Assembly (NCBI GenBank): GCA_000320545.1
Contig: ADNK01001011.1
Location: forward strand, 1-54,877
DNA length: 54,877 bases
From: Bigelowiella natans CCMP2755
Taxonomy: Eukaryota; Protista; Cercozoa
Reading direction: 5' to 3'
Shown: positions 37,735 through 50,079 of the stretch, piece after piece
Layout of the letters: the number at the start of each line of letters is the position of its first letter
Numbering within the stretch: the stretch's first letter is position 1
Notes under the pieces: model-generated
The model's database searches: none
What the model was told of the DNA's origin: nothing
Seen by the model: the letters and a program-made list of their open reading frames with translations, nothing else
Made by a program: the position numbers and the translations under genes

Positions 37735-38460
37735 ATGGGATTGTGTGGAAGCTCCCCTGACATTGAGGTAGAAGCTCCTGAGGTCGACATGGGTTATGCC
37801 ATGCGAAAGGCAAAGGACTCTTACTATTACGTCACTCAGCAAGCAAAGGTAGCGTGATGAGCAAAGATTTCAATTTTTTAAAACGGAGAAACTAAACGAT
37901 ACGTACGTTCATCAGACTGAGAAAAACAAGATGAAGTATCCTTTCACCCTTCATGAAATGAATGACCCTGAGAAGACTAAAATTACTGACGTTCCTTCTG
38001 AGGAGGTAAAGTGGGTAGATGCTACTTGCGAGTATCTGGCCGCTCTCGATGAATGGACGATCAAAAGAGTACAAGATAACGTTTGGATTTCTGTGGTGAA
38101 ACCAACCATCGAACCAAATGTAGACAATGCAGTAAATGGTGCGGCAGAAAATGTAGAAGGTTTCAGCAGCCTTCCATACTTCATTCAAAGCAAGGTAAGA
38201 TCCTTGAAAGTCGAAAATTCTTTTTGAACATTCTTTTCGAAGACATGTGATTTCTTTCTTACAAGGCAAAAAGGACTGCTAAAGATAAAGCCATCACAAC
38301 AGCGAGAAAGAAAAGCGGATTTGACAAAAAAATTCAAGACAAAATGCTCTCCATTGCTTTGAACAACATGATTAAAGAAGGAGCTACGATCAATCCCGAA
38401 TTCAAACCACCAAAAGAAGAAGAGGAGGGCAAGGATGAGGAGAAGAAGAATGAGGCATAA
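37735..38460 (+). CDS. Hypothetical ~195-aa protein with an N-terminal myristoylation/palmitoylation motif (MGLCGS); 3 exons
   Basis: The ATG at 37735 begins MGLCGSS. Two short in-frame GT-AG introns lead to a stop at 38458-38460. The sequence is complex (non-repetitive) with a charged C-terminus. Confidence 0.7.
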
Positions 38461-39390
38461 AACCAGTTACGAAGATTTTTACTGAAATATTTTTAGTCTG
38501 AGGATGATGGCGGATAATAGTGTCTGCCATTAGAATGATGAACCTCATAGTGTGCGTCAAGGTTCTAGTCTGCGTCAAGGTTCAGTTCACTAGCAAAATT
38601 ATCACCGATATCTAGCTCCGCAAATGGAGATGCAACGAGTTGTTTAATGTATTAACAACAAAGATGTAATCTGTCTAAATGCTTGATGCCAGTGTTGCAT
38701 CATTACCTTCCAACTTGCACACCCACACACCCGCACACCTGCAGACCTGCACATCTGCAATGAGCTAGTGAACACTCTAGACGTCCTGTCCATCAGCAGC
38801 AGACAAATGTGTACAAAATGCATAAGTCTAGCTAGCTAGAGGTTCTCATGTAAAATTCAAAATCATCAGATCATTCCAATTTCAATGTCTAGATGTGCTC
38901 GCTAGCTCGGACGTGCCTGCATGACGACAAATGAGAGGATTTGAATGTGGAGGTGTCTAGGTGTGTGTGTGTGTGTGTGGATGCATCAGATTGTGATGAT
39001 GGCATCGCACAAACAAATGAACACAAACTAAAACGCATCAATGGAGCACGTGTCATGGCATCTCATTGCTCCAAGCTAGCAAGACTTCAGCAGAGCGAGA
39101 GCGAACGATTTTTCTTGCGAACGTACATGTGTTGTGTGCTGATGTTTGGCATCTTGTTTTCATCGCACTGAAGACATTGGCACTGATTTGAATCATGTTC
39201 GTGTGCAGCTTAAAAAGATTTGTGTGATTAGCAATGATGACTTGGCTTGCAAATTCAACGAGCGACATGGAACATCAATGCTTATGTGGTCTGTACTAGT
39301 GTACTCGTGTAAAGAAGGCTGCAAAGAGCGACGTGTCTAGGTGTTACAAAGCTCCGAAAATTAAATTCATAAATATGCAAATCTTCGTTC

Positions 39391-40271
39391 TCAGGGGGAT
39401 GCGAGCTTTGGTGAGATGCGTGCCATTGTCCATCCTTTGGAATAGTTCAGATGGAACAGATCGGAGATACTCATGTTTTCGTAATTAGATTCTTCATCAA
39501 TTTTCCATGTTATGGAAATGCTCGTCTGATCTTGAAACTGGGCTTTCATTCTGCAGTTAGAATCCATAATACGAGGCGTCCACTCTATTTCATTGGTACA
39601 GTCCGTTCCATCGCATTCAGCATAAATATCGTAGAATGTTAAAATTTCATCCGGAGGATAGCAGTTGCAGGCAAAGGTTTTTTCGTAGACAACTGTAAAT
39701 TTTATTAAATCACTCAAATCACCACTGTTCGGACAAGAGTAAGATTAAGGATTTTTTTACCATAAGGCGTCCTATATTGAGTGCCATCTTGACAGGGAAC
39801 AACTTGCGAGCTTATCTGACCAGTTTCGGTGTTTCGTTCACTAACTAAGTATGAATCTGTCTCAGCATTGTACTCCAAGGTTCCTTCGATAATCTGTCCA
39901 GACTTTACAGTGTATTGATCGCTATTTTGACGATGGTCAGGATCCAATTGAATATACTCTGTGAACATTGTCCACTGATTACCTAGCCAGGGATTGAGGA
40001 GCTGGATTAGACTCAAACCGTCATTTGACCCTAATCCAAACCAAGGGGAATAAAAGACCATGGAAGATGCAGCTGACTCTCCAACCTTCCATTTCATGCT
40101 AAGCTTAGTTATGCGTTCCACTCCCCCAGGAATAGTTCCCTGCATGTAAGCCATCCAGCCTTGCTTCAAATTCCCTCCAGAATTGTTTGAGGTTCCACTT
40201 GTCGAAGTGCTCGTACTACTATGAGCTGCGAAAAACAGAGAGATAGCGAGGAGGGTTCGAACTACGGCCAT
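39391..40271 (-). CDS. Secreted concanavalin-like/glutamic peptidase (G1/A4)-like protein; 2 exons
   Basis: Signal peptide MAVVRTLLAISLFFAAHS. Motifs GWMAY, WKV, FYSPWFGL, LIQLLNPW, WTMFTEY and VKSGQIIEG follow. One intron joins TPY|VVYEK, then CNCYPP and ITW. Confidence 0.65.
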
Positions 40272-40648
40272 CCTCGCAACTGTACAACCTTGTGACTTTA
40301 AGGCAGGAATTACTTGTATTCACGCAAGTGCACTGCAACAAATAATGTTGTGCCGAGCCGAGCTGTGAGCCTCGAAAGCTGCCGAAGAAAAAAGAAAAAC
40401 CCTCGCTCGCGTGCAAAGCAACTCACAACTTACAACTGCGGGCGATTTACATCTACGACGCTTACTTTTGAAGCCTCTATGCTTCGAAGCGCGGGGCGTA
40501 CGACTTGAGAAATCGTGAATTCGCGAAGATCCGACAAAGTCCCACCTTCTTTTCCATAGTGCGACTGGCTGGGAATTCGATGATGGCCCGAAGAATTATT
40601 TTCTACGAAAAATCTTACAATTTGTTCTGCCAAGTGAGCGAGTGAGCG
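40272..40648. promoter_or_regulatory. Putative bidirectional promoter between the G1-peptidase-like gene and SCAR
   Basis: 377-bp interval between divergent start codons, rich in CpG and A-tracts. Confidence 0.5.
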
Positions 40649-43029
40649 ATGCTTCGCCTGCGAGTCATAGATCCCCCCCCCGCTTCTAACTTCAGTCGAC
40701 CACATCGCCCAGATGAAGTTATCGATGGCGTGCTTGTGCGAGATATGGTTGGCGTACTGCAATCCTTGGAGCTGGTTTGATTCGTATTAATATAGAATGT
40801 GCTCACATTCTAGCCTGTCCATGCATGTGTGAGGTGTAGGGTGGGAGGAAGTAGTATGAGGAGGAGCAAGAAATTAGTCATGGATTAAAGATCCCTCCGT
40901 TTTGTTCTTCTATTCCACATGATGTCCTTCTCTTCCACATGATATGCTAATGTAATGTACCTCGCACAAATTTCATTGATAATCTCTTAGTCTCTTTGTT
41001 AAAAAATATCATTCTCTGAATCGCTTAGATTAGTGATGGAGCAAACCAAATCTTCGAAAGTTTAACGGACTTGTCAACGCGAATGGCTCAACGTATACAT
41101 CGTGTAGGAAAACGAGCAGAGTATGTTCCGTGTGCTAACTGATAGTTTTCTAATATAACAAGAGACTTATTTTCAGGGCCGCTGCGGATAAGTTAGTAGC
41201 ATTCGAAAAGGAACTCGCGACAAATAGCTCGTTCTCGGAACAGATATCAGAAACCGGACATATTATTGAATGGTACTTTTCAAATTTTTTATGCTGATGT
41301 GTTTTTTGAAGGTTAAATAATTTCATACCCTGAACTAGGTCCCAGAAGGAGAACTTCACACACAACCTTTTCACGCCGGATACACGGCCTGCAGCATTGC
41401 AATTACGATATCAGAAAGCAAAGTAAGTGAGTACCTGAAACAATGGTCGTAGATAGAGGATATGCTTTGCACAACACCATACACATATACGCACAAATTA
41501 AAAGTTTTTTTTTTAAATTAGGCAACTACCCAACATAACATCAATGAGTGAATTCTCTTACAAAGTGAATTCACAAGATGGCAAACGAGTTCATACAAAT
41601 CCTCTTGATTATTATTCTCAACCCAAGTTTTTCGAGCAATGGTACTTCCCACCAAAATTACTTTAACCGTCCTTTGTGTCATAAAATATACTTGGATTTT
41701 GTGTGCATCACGAGGTGGATTGCTGGACAGGAGAGTGAACTTGCAAGGAAAGCCCGTGAGAAAGAAATTAAGGCTAAAATGCGTATGAACAGAGAGCAAA
41801 AGCGAGCGTAAGTACGCTACCGTTAATTTCTAAAATCACGAGTACCTTCTCTGAAATTATTGTGACCGATAGGAACCAAACCATTAAGGGTTCCGCGGCT
41901 CAGATTACTAATATCACTACTTCAAAATCCTCCTATGTGAGAGGATCTTTGCACGCCCGTTCTGCAACCAGCCAATCTACCATCAAAATTACTCGGGGTT
42001 TAGGCGTCACACAAAATGGGAGAACTATAGCACATGGAAGAGTTTCTCAGCATAGACGCCAGGATACAGCCCCAGTACGAGCTTTTAGTTCTAATAAACA
42101 GTCCAGAAATGTTCAACCAAGTGAACATCGGCCTCCACAACCTCCAAGACCAACGCAGCCCCATATGTCACATGGAAATCCACCTGAGGTTTTGATCAAA
42201 TTTGATGTTACCTCTCAAATACAAGAATGTATCGTTTTATCAGATGCCTCCCCGACCAATGCCACCGGGTGTTGCTCCACCTGCTATTCCTAAGCCCCCA
42301 CCTCCTCAGTACCATCAACCCCCGTCTACATTCGAAGTTCCTCATCAGCCTCCACCTCCTCAACATCCCCCTTACGAACCAGATCTACCAAAATATGATA
42401 TCCAGGAGCCTGTTCCCGCAATCCCCTCACCACCTAAGGTTTTAGTTTTTAGCTTTTCGAACTCATTCTTATCGCAATTAATCGATTTTTGTCCAGGTTC
42501 CTGTTGACTTGTTGCCTCCACCTATTTTAGCCGACTTGCCACCACCACCTGTCATCAAATCATCAGAACCAGTTGTGAGAGTTAAAAAAGGTGGTGGTGA
42601 CGATCTCTTAAGTCAAATAACCGGAGGGGTCCGTTTGAAAAAGGTTATCGAACTAGTTTATTTGCCTTCCGACATATACTGACCCCTTTTATTCGTTAGA
42701 CCGAAAAAAAGGAGAAAAAAAAAGGAGGAAGGGACGCCTTTTTGGAGCAGATTCGGATGAATCAAAAGAACCGACTGAAAAGGGTGATTTCATATCTGAT
42801 CTTAGCTTTTTACATAATTTAAACATAAATACAGGTGAAAGCGAAACCAAGGAATAAACCTAAAGAGGCTCCGCAAATGTCAGCTGTAATGCAGATTCTT
42901 CAAAGACGAAAGGACATTGAAGAGGAAGATGAGGAGGTGAGTTGAAACTTGAATTGAATCTAGGATTTTGGTACATACTAATAGCCATTGCATGTTGTCA
43001 AGGATTCCGAGGAGGAATGGGATTTGTGA
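40649..43029 (+). CDS. SCAR: SCAR/WAVE family Arp2/3 nucleation-promoting factor
   Basis: WAVE homology domain: VLQSLELISDGANQIFESL, NLFTPDTRPAALQLRY, YYSQPKFFEQWW. A basic helix and a Pro-rich region follow. WH2 motifs are DDLLSQITGGVRLKK and RDAFLEQIRMNQKNRLKRV, the central helix is VMQILQRR, and the acidic tail is EEEDEEDSEEEWDL*. Confidence 0.88.
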
Positions 43030-43566
43030 AGGCTGCTCCCCATCTCTGAGATAGTTTGTTCCCCACACCAAATGCACGATCAAAATGCATTGTTAGTTCA
43101 CAAAACTTGCGTTTCATTACGCTTTTCTCATGCTCTCCTGTGTAATTATATGGAATCAACGTGGAAAGCAACCGCAGTATGCAAGCTAACGTATCCCTTG
43201 AGCACTACTAAACGTGACTACCATGTACTGCGAATAAGTGATTAGTGCAAGCACTAGATCAGTGCAGATGCATATTTTCATGCACGCTTGACGACAATGA
43301 GTGCGACATGTTGGATCCCGCACCTCATCGCAGCGTGTATACATGTGCTCGCAGTGCGTGGATTATTTTTCCTGTAAAGTGAGCAGGGAGGGTAGATGAC
43401 TTTGATCATTTCAGCAATCGCGTCGTATCGATCTCTAGATCTAGCTGCGTGCAACTCAACACTGGCGTCTAGGCGTTGCAGTGCTAATGCTAGAATGTCA
43501 TTTGTCAAGTTGCATCACGCACGTCATGATGCGCGCGCTCGTCGTCCCACAGCTAGCGTGTTTGTT

Positions 43567-43963
43567 CTACAAATCTGTGATGCCATAATTGCATTGCGTT
43601 GCACTCCGCAGCTCACCTCTTCGCATGTGATTTTTCCTGTGATTTTTTGACGGCTTCCGGTGTGAAGAACTATGATCCTCAACAACGATGCTGTCATTCA
43701 CGTCGTTCCTTCTCAGGGGCGACATTTGGTCTGTTGTGATTGCATCACAACTGCTTTTGCTGTGCGAGTAACAATCGTTCTTCTTGTCTTCTAGTGTGTC
43801 AAACGGAGTTCTAGAAGCCCTCATTTCCTCAAAAGGCTTGATCCTTCCATCCGTTCCTTTTTCATCATCTTCATTTTCAATCATCATCTTCTTCGTCATC
43901 CTTGTCTGGGCTTTTACAACCTGGAAAATTCGTAACACCGATAACTTTTGATATGAACGTCTC

Positions 43964-44005
<42 letters not shown>

Positions 44006-45487
44006 ACCACCCCCTCACACACTCACCTCATCGCTCGAGTTGCACATCGAGTATATACGTAGCGCCTCTCCATTCAGTGCCCAAAACGCCTTTCCCCAAC
44101 CGAATCGATCGAGGAGACCAATTGCCTCGTCACTTCTTCCCATTATCGCCAATGCGGATGCAAGTGCCTTTAGGGACAAAGAGAACTTCTATCAGTCGCA
44201 ATAACAGTGATCATCCACACGACTGGAGCATGCGCGCACGTGGTACTACTCACTTCGGCACACGAGAGCCTATGCGGTTTGCCGTAATTTACGGGGTTTG
44301 CTGCTATAAGCGATGGAAGCAAACGCGCATGGACACCAGGACAGTCTTTCGGTGACACCTATGATCGATCAATCAACAATTTCCTGAGTAACGGTGGTCA
44401 TCAAAACCACAGAAGAATACAGAAGCACGGGTGTATATTGTTTGCTACTTCAATCTATGGAGGGGTGCGTGCGATGCAGTTGAATACTATTGTGAAACGA
44501 AAACAAACGAGAAAATTGCCTCGGCCACACGGTTCCATGAGCAATCAACGACAGCGATGCCGTGCTTCTCTACGAGTCTGTATATGTCAGTAGGTATTAA
44601 ATAATAGGCTACCCTCAGGCCAAAACAATTAGTAGCATTACTTCGTCGAGCTAGTATGCGTATGTACACTATTCCGCGCTGTGTGTATAGTATATATTTG
44701 ACGTACACTTTATCTTCGGGAGAGAGCGCTTTCGTTGCGAATGGGCTAAGAACTATACCTCCCCAGCGCTGTTTCCTGAACATAAATGTGTTGCAAATTC
44801 TATTGACTTGTTCTACCCCACCTCCCCCCTAATCTTATCGCTAGCGAAATCTGCTCTCTGATATGTTCAGCACCATCAATACACCACTCTGCTGCTGCTG
44901 CTGCTGCTGCTGCTGCCGCGGCTGTGCTACTACATTCTGAGCAGATGTAGAACAGCCGCCTTATGGAGCTTGAGCTAAGATTCGGATCAGAATATAAGCA
45001 AGGTGCAGGAGTAACTCATCATCCAGAATACAATAAAGAACACTTTCGATGTCAAATTGTGTTAGCTAGGACATAAAGGCCATTAGTAGCTGCTGTACCC
45101 CAGTGCATCGTCTCGGGTCACAATGGCCGAAATCCCACATTGCAAGCCTTGTTCCTCGTTGAGTAGGGAGGGAGTTGCAGTCATCCTTCTCGTTCGAATT
45201 CAGAGCCTTGGTAGTCGCCCACCACCTCTTACCAAGTGTGCTTTGACCTCCCCTCGGGATGCTGTCGCGTCCATTTCCAGGTGCTGCATGTGAGTGAACA
45301 AATTTGCATGTTTTGAACAAGAATTTATCCAAAGTCAGGCAAGCAGACAGACACACTCTGCCGCTGTCTGCACAATTCCCTTCTACTCCTCCCTACAATG
45401 CCCAAAGCACGCACCAACGATCCCTATGCTCAGGATTGCAGCGAACAAGCAAGCTACAGGGGCCAGGCTTCTTCCCGACACAGCCAT
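43567..45487 (-). CDS. TSR3: 18S rRNA aminocarboxypropyltransferase Tsr3 with an N-terminal hydrophobic leader
   Basis: Spliced exons give [69 protein letters not shown] and [21 protein letters not shown], then a charged tail. Confidence 0.92.
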
Positions 45488-45826
45488 TAAAGCCGGCGGA
45501 AGCGCCCGAGAAATCTCGCCTCTGTCGCAGCATGTAAATCCAGGACATTTCTGCTCGTATCTCCCTTTTTTGGTCAAAGCAGGTCAAAATGTATGCGGTT
45601 TTACTCGTGCGACATCCACCCAAGTGCATCGTCCTGAATTGGAGATAAACCGTGTCGGTGGACGAACGCAAATCCCACCCGGCCCCTTCCCTTTCTCTGA
45701 TGGATTGCCTTTGCCAGCTCTCTGATGATGACGATGCTGGCTGTCCTCGACGGTGATACCCTCCTTAATGCTCTCCTTAATGCAGTGATCGGATCGCATG
45801 TTGATTACTGTTGAAGAAAGAGGCCG

Positions 45827-46264
45827 ATGTTGCTGCTATTCGTAGCCCTAGTCCAGAAGAAGCCAGCTATCCGCACCCAGCGAGTGCGTCTTTTGCCCTC
45901 CAACTCCACGCCTCCCTCCCCACCCTCCACCTCCCCAATTACTATAGCGTATCCAACCACTCCTCCTCCTTCTTCTTCTTCGTCTTCCCAACATCACAAA
46001 TCCGGCGCTGATCAAGAAGGTGCTTTCAACCTTATGGCGCTGGGCATGATGGAAGAGACCGTGTCGTCTCCTCGCACTGCAAGATCCAACCCGATAGCGC
46101 ATCGAGCAAGAGTGGGCTACGGATCCAATAGTATTGCAGACATTCTAAGGGAAGGCTGTAGCGGCTCAGGGGAAAGCCCGGCTGAAATGAGACTTTGCTT
46201 CATGCAGTTGGAGACCGCCTTGAAGAAGGTAAGGGTGAGGGTACGACTCGGAACATCTTTTCTA

Positions 46265-46356
<92 letters not shown>

Positions 46357-47686
46357 TCTCTTTCCGACTAATTCTCCCCTCTTTCACTCTGAAAAGGGGA
46401 AATCTATGGGAGAAACTAGACGCATGTTGTCGATGTGGATGAAGAGTCACGAGCCGCCGCGAGGGCGACTCCGATATGAAGGGCACCCTGGTCTAGGATC
46501 ACAGTATCCTCCAGCATGCGAAGAGACGGCGGCAAGAACTATTAATCTGCTCAGCAAAAATATAACTAACAAAGAATGGACTGCCTTAGGTCCCCTTGAG
46601 CGCAACAAGACCAAAAACGCCAGTAGCAGCACAATTTCTCCAGGCGACGTGAAAAAAGCGGTAACGGTATGTCCCTGCGGCAGACTCTTAGCCAGTAAAG
46701 GTATTTCTTAAACGTGCGTGATCAGAATTGAAAATCAAATCGCCGCGACGATGATGAAAGTGGTAGCGAACAAATCATGCGATGATAGCGATGTCAATAA
46801 TCATCCATAATCTTGCAGACGCTCTTCGGCAGCACGTAATCGGCGTCCACTTTCGTGAAGAGTGCGGTTACAAGTACGTATTTAGAAAAAGGGGGGCTGG
46901 GGGGGGTGTAGATGCTTTTAGCGATGATTTACGGTGCTGCTCATTTCGCAACCCTTTCCAAAACAACACATGGATGATCTCTGCCATGCGGCACGTTCCG
47001 CGCTGTGTCGCAAGACAAAGGCACAGAAGACTTTCGGGTGGGATTCAACGGGAGATGTTGGAAAGAATGGATCAGCTGATAGTAGAGGAATCAAGCTCAT
47101 GTGTGTTTTAGGTGTTTCATGTGCAATAAAACCTTATCAACAAATTCGAACCGTAGGGTAAGCCCCCCCCCACCCCCCTTATTAGACTGCATAAGATGAT
47201 ATTTCAATGCATAACATCGCATGCATTAGTGTTTGGCGACTGGTAGTTCTCTTAAAGCTGATTTCACTCATCTCACTGATTTTGGTGTTCAACTGCGACT
47301 ACCGCTGCTATTGATTCTTTCCTCTCCTTTGTTTTCTTCTTATGATTTCCGAAGACCCATTTGCTGGTCCATCTCAAGTTTCGACTGCACCGTTGTTCCA
47401 CGTGCGACAAGGGTTTTGCCGACCGAAGTAACTTAAAGAGGTGGCTTTTTCCATGTAGCAATCACAGGGAGGGAGGGGAGGGGCTATTTTGTGGATTCAT
47501 TGCATCTCACCTTGGACGTATCTGACAAAAAATATGTTATCGTATTTTGGTAGGCACCTTAAAAAAAAACTGAAGTGTCGTCCGCGGAGCTCACGTCGTC
47601 GAAGTAAGTCTGAGCATCCTGCTGACCAAAACAACACCAAGAATGAGCAAATTTTGTCCTCCAACACTAAGCACCAAAAAGACTAG
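45827..47686 (+). CDS. Hypothetical multi-exon protein with one C2H2-like zinc finger
   Basis: A long first ORF and an in-frame splice give VCPCGRLLASK|DALRQHVIGVH (C-x-C..H-x4-H). Later exons are tentative. Confidence 0.5.
46272..46350. repeat. (CT)n microsatellite, intronic
   Basis: Visible directly. Confidence 0.95.
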
Positions 47687-48832
47687 TAAGACTAGTAGAT
47701 TCGGTACATCTAGAAGATACGACTATAATGAAACATCCAAAAGGGAGTCGAGGCGCGGTGGTAATGATAGTAGCAGTAGTGCCAATGGTAGTCTTCTTAG
47801 AAGCATAACTTTCAGTACCAGAGCAACAGCAAAAGAAGAACTATTCAAATGCGAAAGCACAGAACTCATAACGTGTAGCAGTAAACGTTATCGGAGCCAA
47901 AATCCAGTTGGACATAGCAAGATTAACAAGGTAGCACATGCTATGTATCCTCTATGTCTTATTAGCAGCACAGTATTGTAGTGAATGATATTTCCACATG
48001 CGCACATCTACACGCACAAATGTATCTAGGTATGCGCACATCGTGTATCTAGAGATTTGCAGCTTAATAGCAGCGCGAATTCCACCAGCTTGACGCACGA
48101 TGTGGCGGATCTCTTTGATCGCAGCACGTGCAGATCAAGAGCGACACAGCATTATATTGCAGCAGTCTGATACGCGTATTATATCGTGTGTATACTTCAG
48201 TTTAGCTCATGCATTATCTCCATAAAACAGGAAATTGGGCGGAGCGAAAGCCTGTCGAATCGACGATATATGTGATGTGCATGTGGTCATCCACTATTAG
48301 AACGGCAAAAGCTCCAGCATTTCATTCATTGCATTTCTTGCTTCATTTCTTCTGGTTTCGGGGCGATTAATTGTCCACGTTGGGGCTACACTCAAGATGT
48401 TCCGGGATTACTTTAAATTTCAAAATGTACCTGACATAAACACGGAATCCATCCGTAACATACGAGAAGATGGCTGTGCGAATGAACACTTCCTCGCGGC
48501 TAGTACATGTACCAGTATTTGCGTATTTGCATGATAACTTGACATTAGCCATTAGTTGTCACATGTCGACAGTGTGCTCGCTGTCATAGAAGCGCCTAAT
48601 GAGTAGATTGCTAGAACCTTTCCGATGCCTGGATTTTGAGAGCATGAGCCAAGAGCAAACTCATAATTATCGAAGAACTTGTTCGGAACACCTTCGGCCG
48701 GGGGCTCCTCGAAATGAGAAATACTCCCAGAATACTTTCTACCGATAAAAATTAGGCTACATCCTTCACCTGCGACAAGCTCAAAGCTAAAATATCAAGG
48801 CCGAAAATATCTCAGTTTTGGCTCAACAACAC

Positions 48833-50030
48833 ATGGGGCTGGGCAATTTCCCCTCGGTTTCCGGGAAAAGCATTGTCGCAGCAGGATTTCAGGAATCATC
48901 GCTAGACGTCGTCGCCGGTAAGAAATCTCCCGTTTGTGCAGTCGTGTGGGCGTTTTTGTAACGTCTCCGACTGAAAGCGTTTATTGCAGAGAGGATGGTG
49001 AAAACGAGTCGACCTTTAGGTCAAATCTGGTATCAAATAATATTTTCCGCTTTCTGTGACAAAGTTCGGCATGACTGCCCACCGGCAGACACCCTGCCCC
49101 TCCCCAGGGTACCTGCGGTTCCTGCTGGGTTTCTACTACTTCGCAGCCCTCATGGACATTTTCACGTTCATCCTCTACCTGCCATTAATGCATCCAGAGG
49201 TATGTAGATGCTCCTCCATGCTTGATTTAGCGTGGCTGCATGGTGTCTTCACATCCTGCTGCCTGGCCTTTTCAATTTTTTAAGCCCCTGTAAACATGAT
49301 GGTAGGCCCACGGCGATTGGGGATGGCACTTTGTGCATTTGACAACCTGGGGAGGTTACGTCCAGGTCAGCAAAGCCAATTTCGGTGTCACCTAAGTGCA
49401 TTTTCTCACCTGCGTTTCGATGTTGTGAATTTAGGCGACATACTTCATCGTATGCGCTGTGGACACCCATAGGAGCATCGTCGATTCAGATCATTGGTGA
49501 CCGCAATTTCTGTTTCTATCTTATAATTACTATCCAAAGTCACAGAGATACTTCTCTATGTCTCCTTCCGCGAACAGGAATGGATCTGCACTCCACATGC
49601 ACCGCGACCGTTTTTTTGGCTTCGCATTCTCACTAGGTACCCATATGGATTTATCCTTTGGGCAGCATAATATGTTAAATTTAAATCCAAATCGCATAAG
49701 GAATCTTCATTGCCATTGGTTACTGGCTCGTGTTGTTCCCCGTGAATCCAGGAGGGAAATCTACGCTCGAGGTGAGTCGTGTTTCTTCTGAAGTTTTCAC
49801 AACTTAAAGTGGGGAGCTAACGCGACGTGAATAGAAATACGTCAACATTCTAAGAGCATCCTGCTTTTTTAGTTTCTCCTTACATTTTGCGAGCACGGCG
49901 TGACCACGCTTTTGATTTGCACAGAGATGTTCCTCCTGCCCCATCAGGTCACTGTTGTTTGTTTAGCTATAGATTCTCTCACAATCGTGATTTCCAGTGC
50001 ATTGGATTGAAGCTCCGCCCGTCCTATACA

Positions 50031-50079
<49 letters not shown>

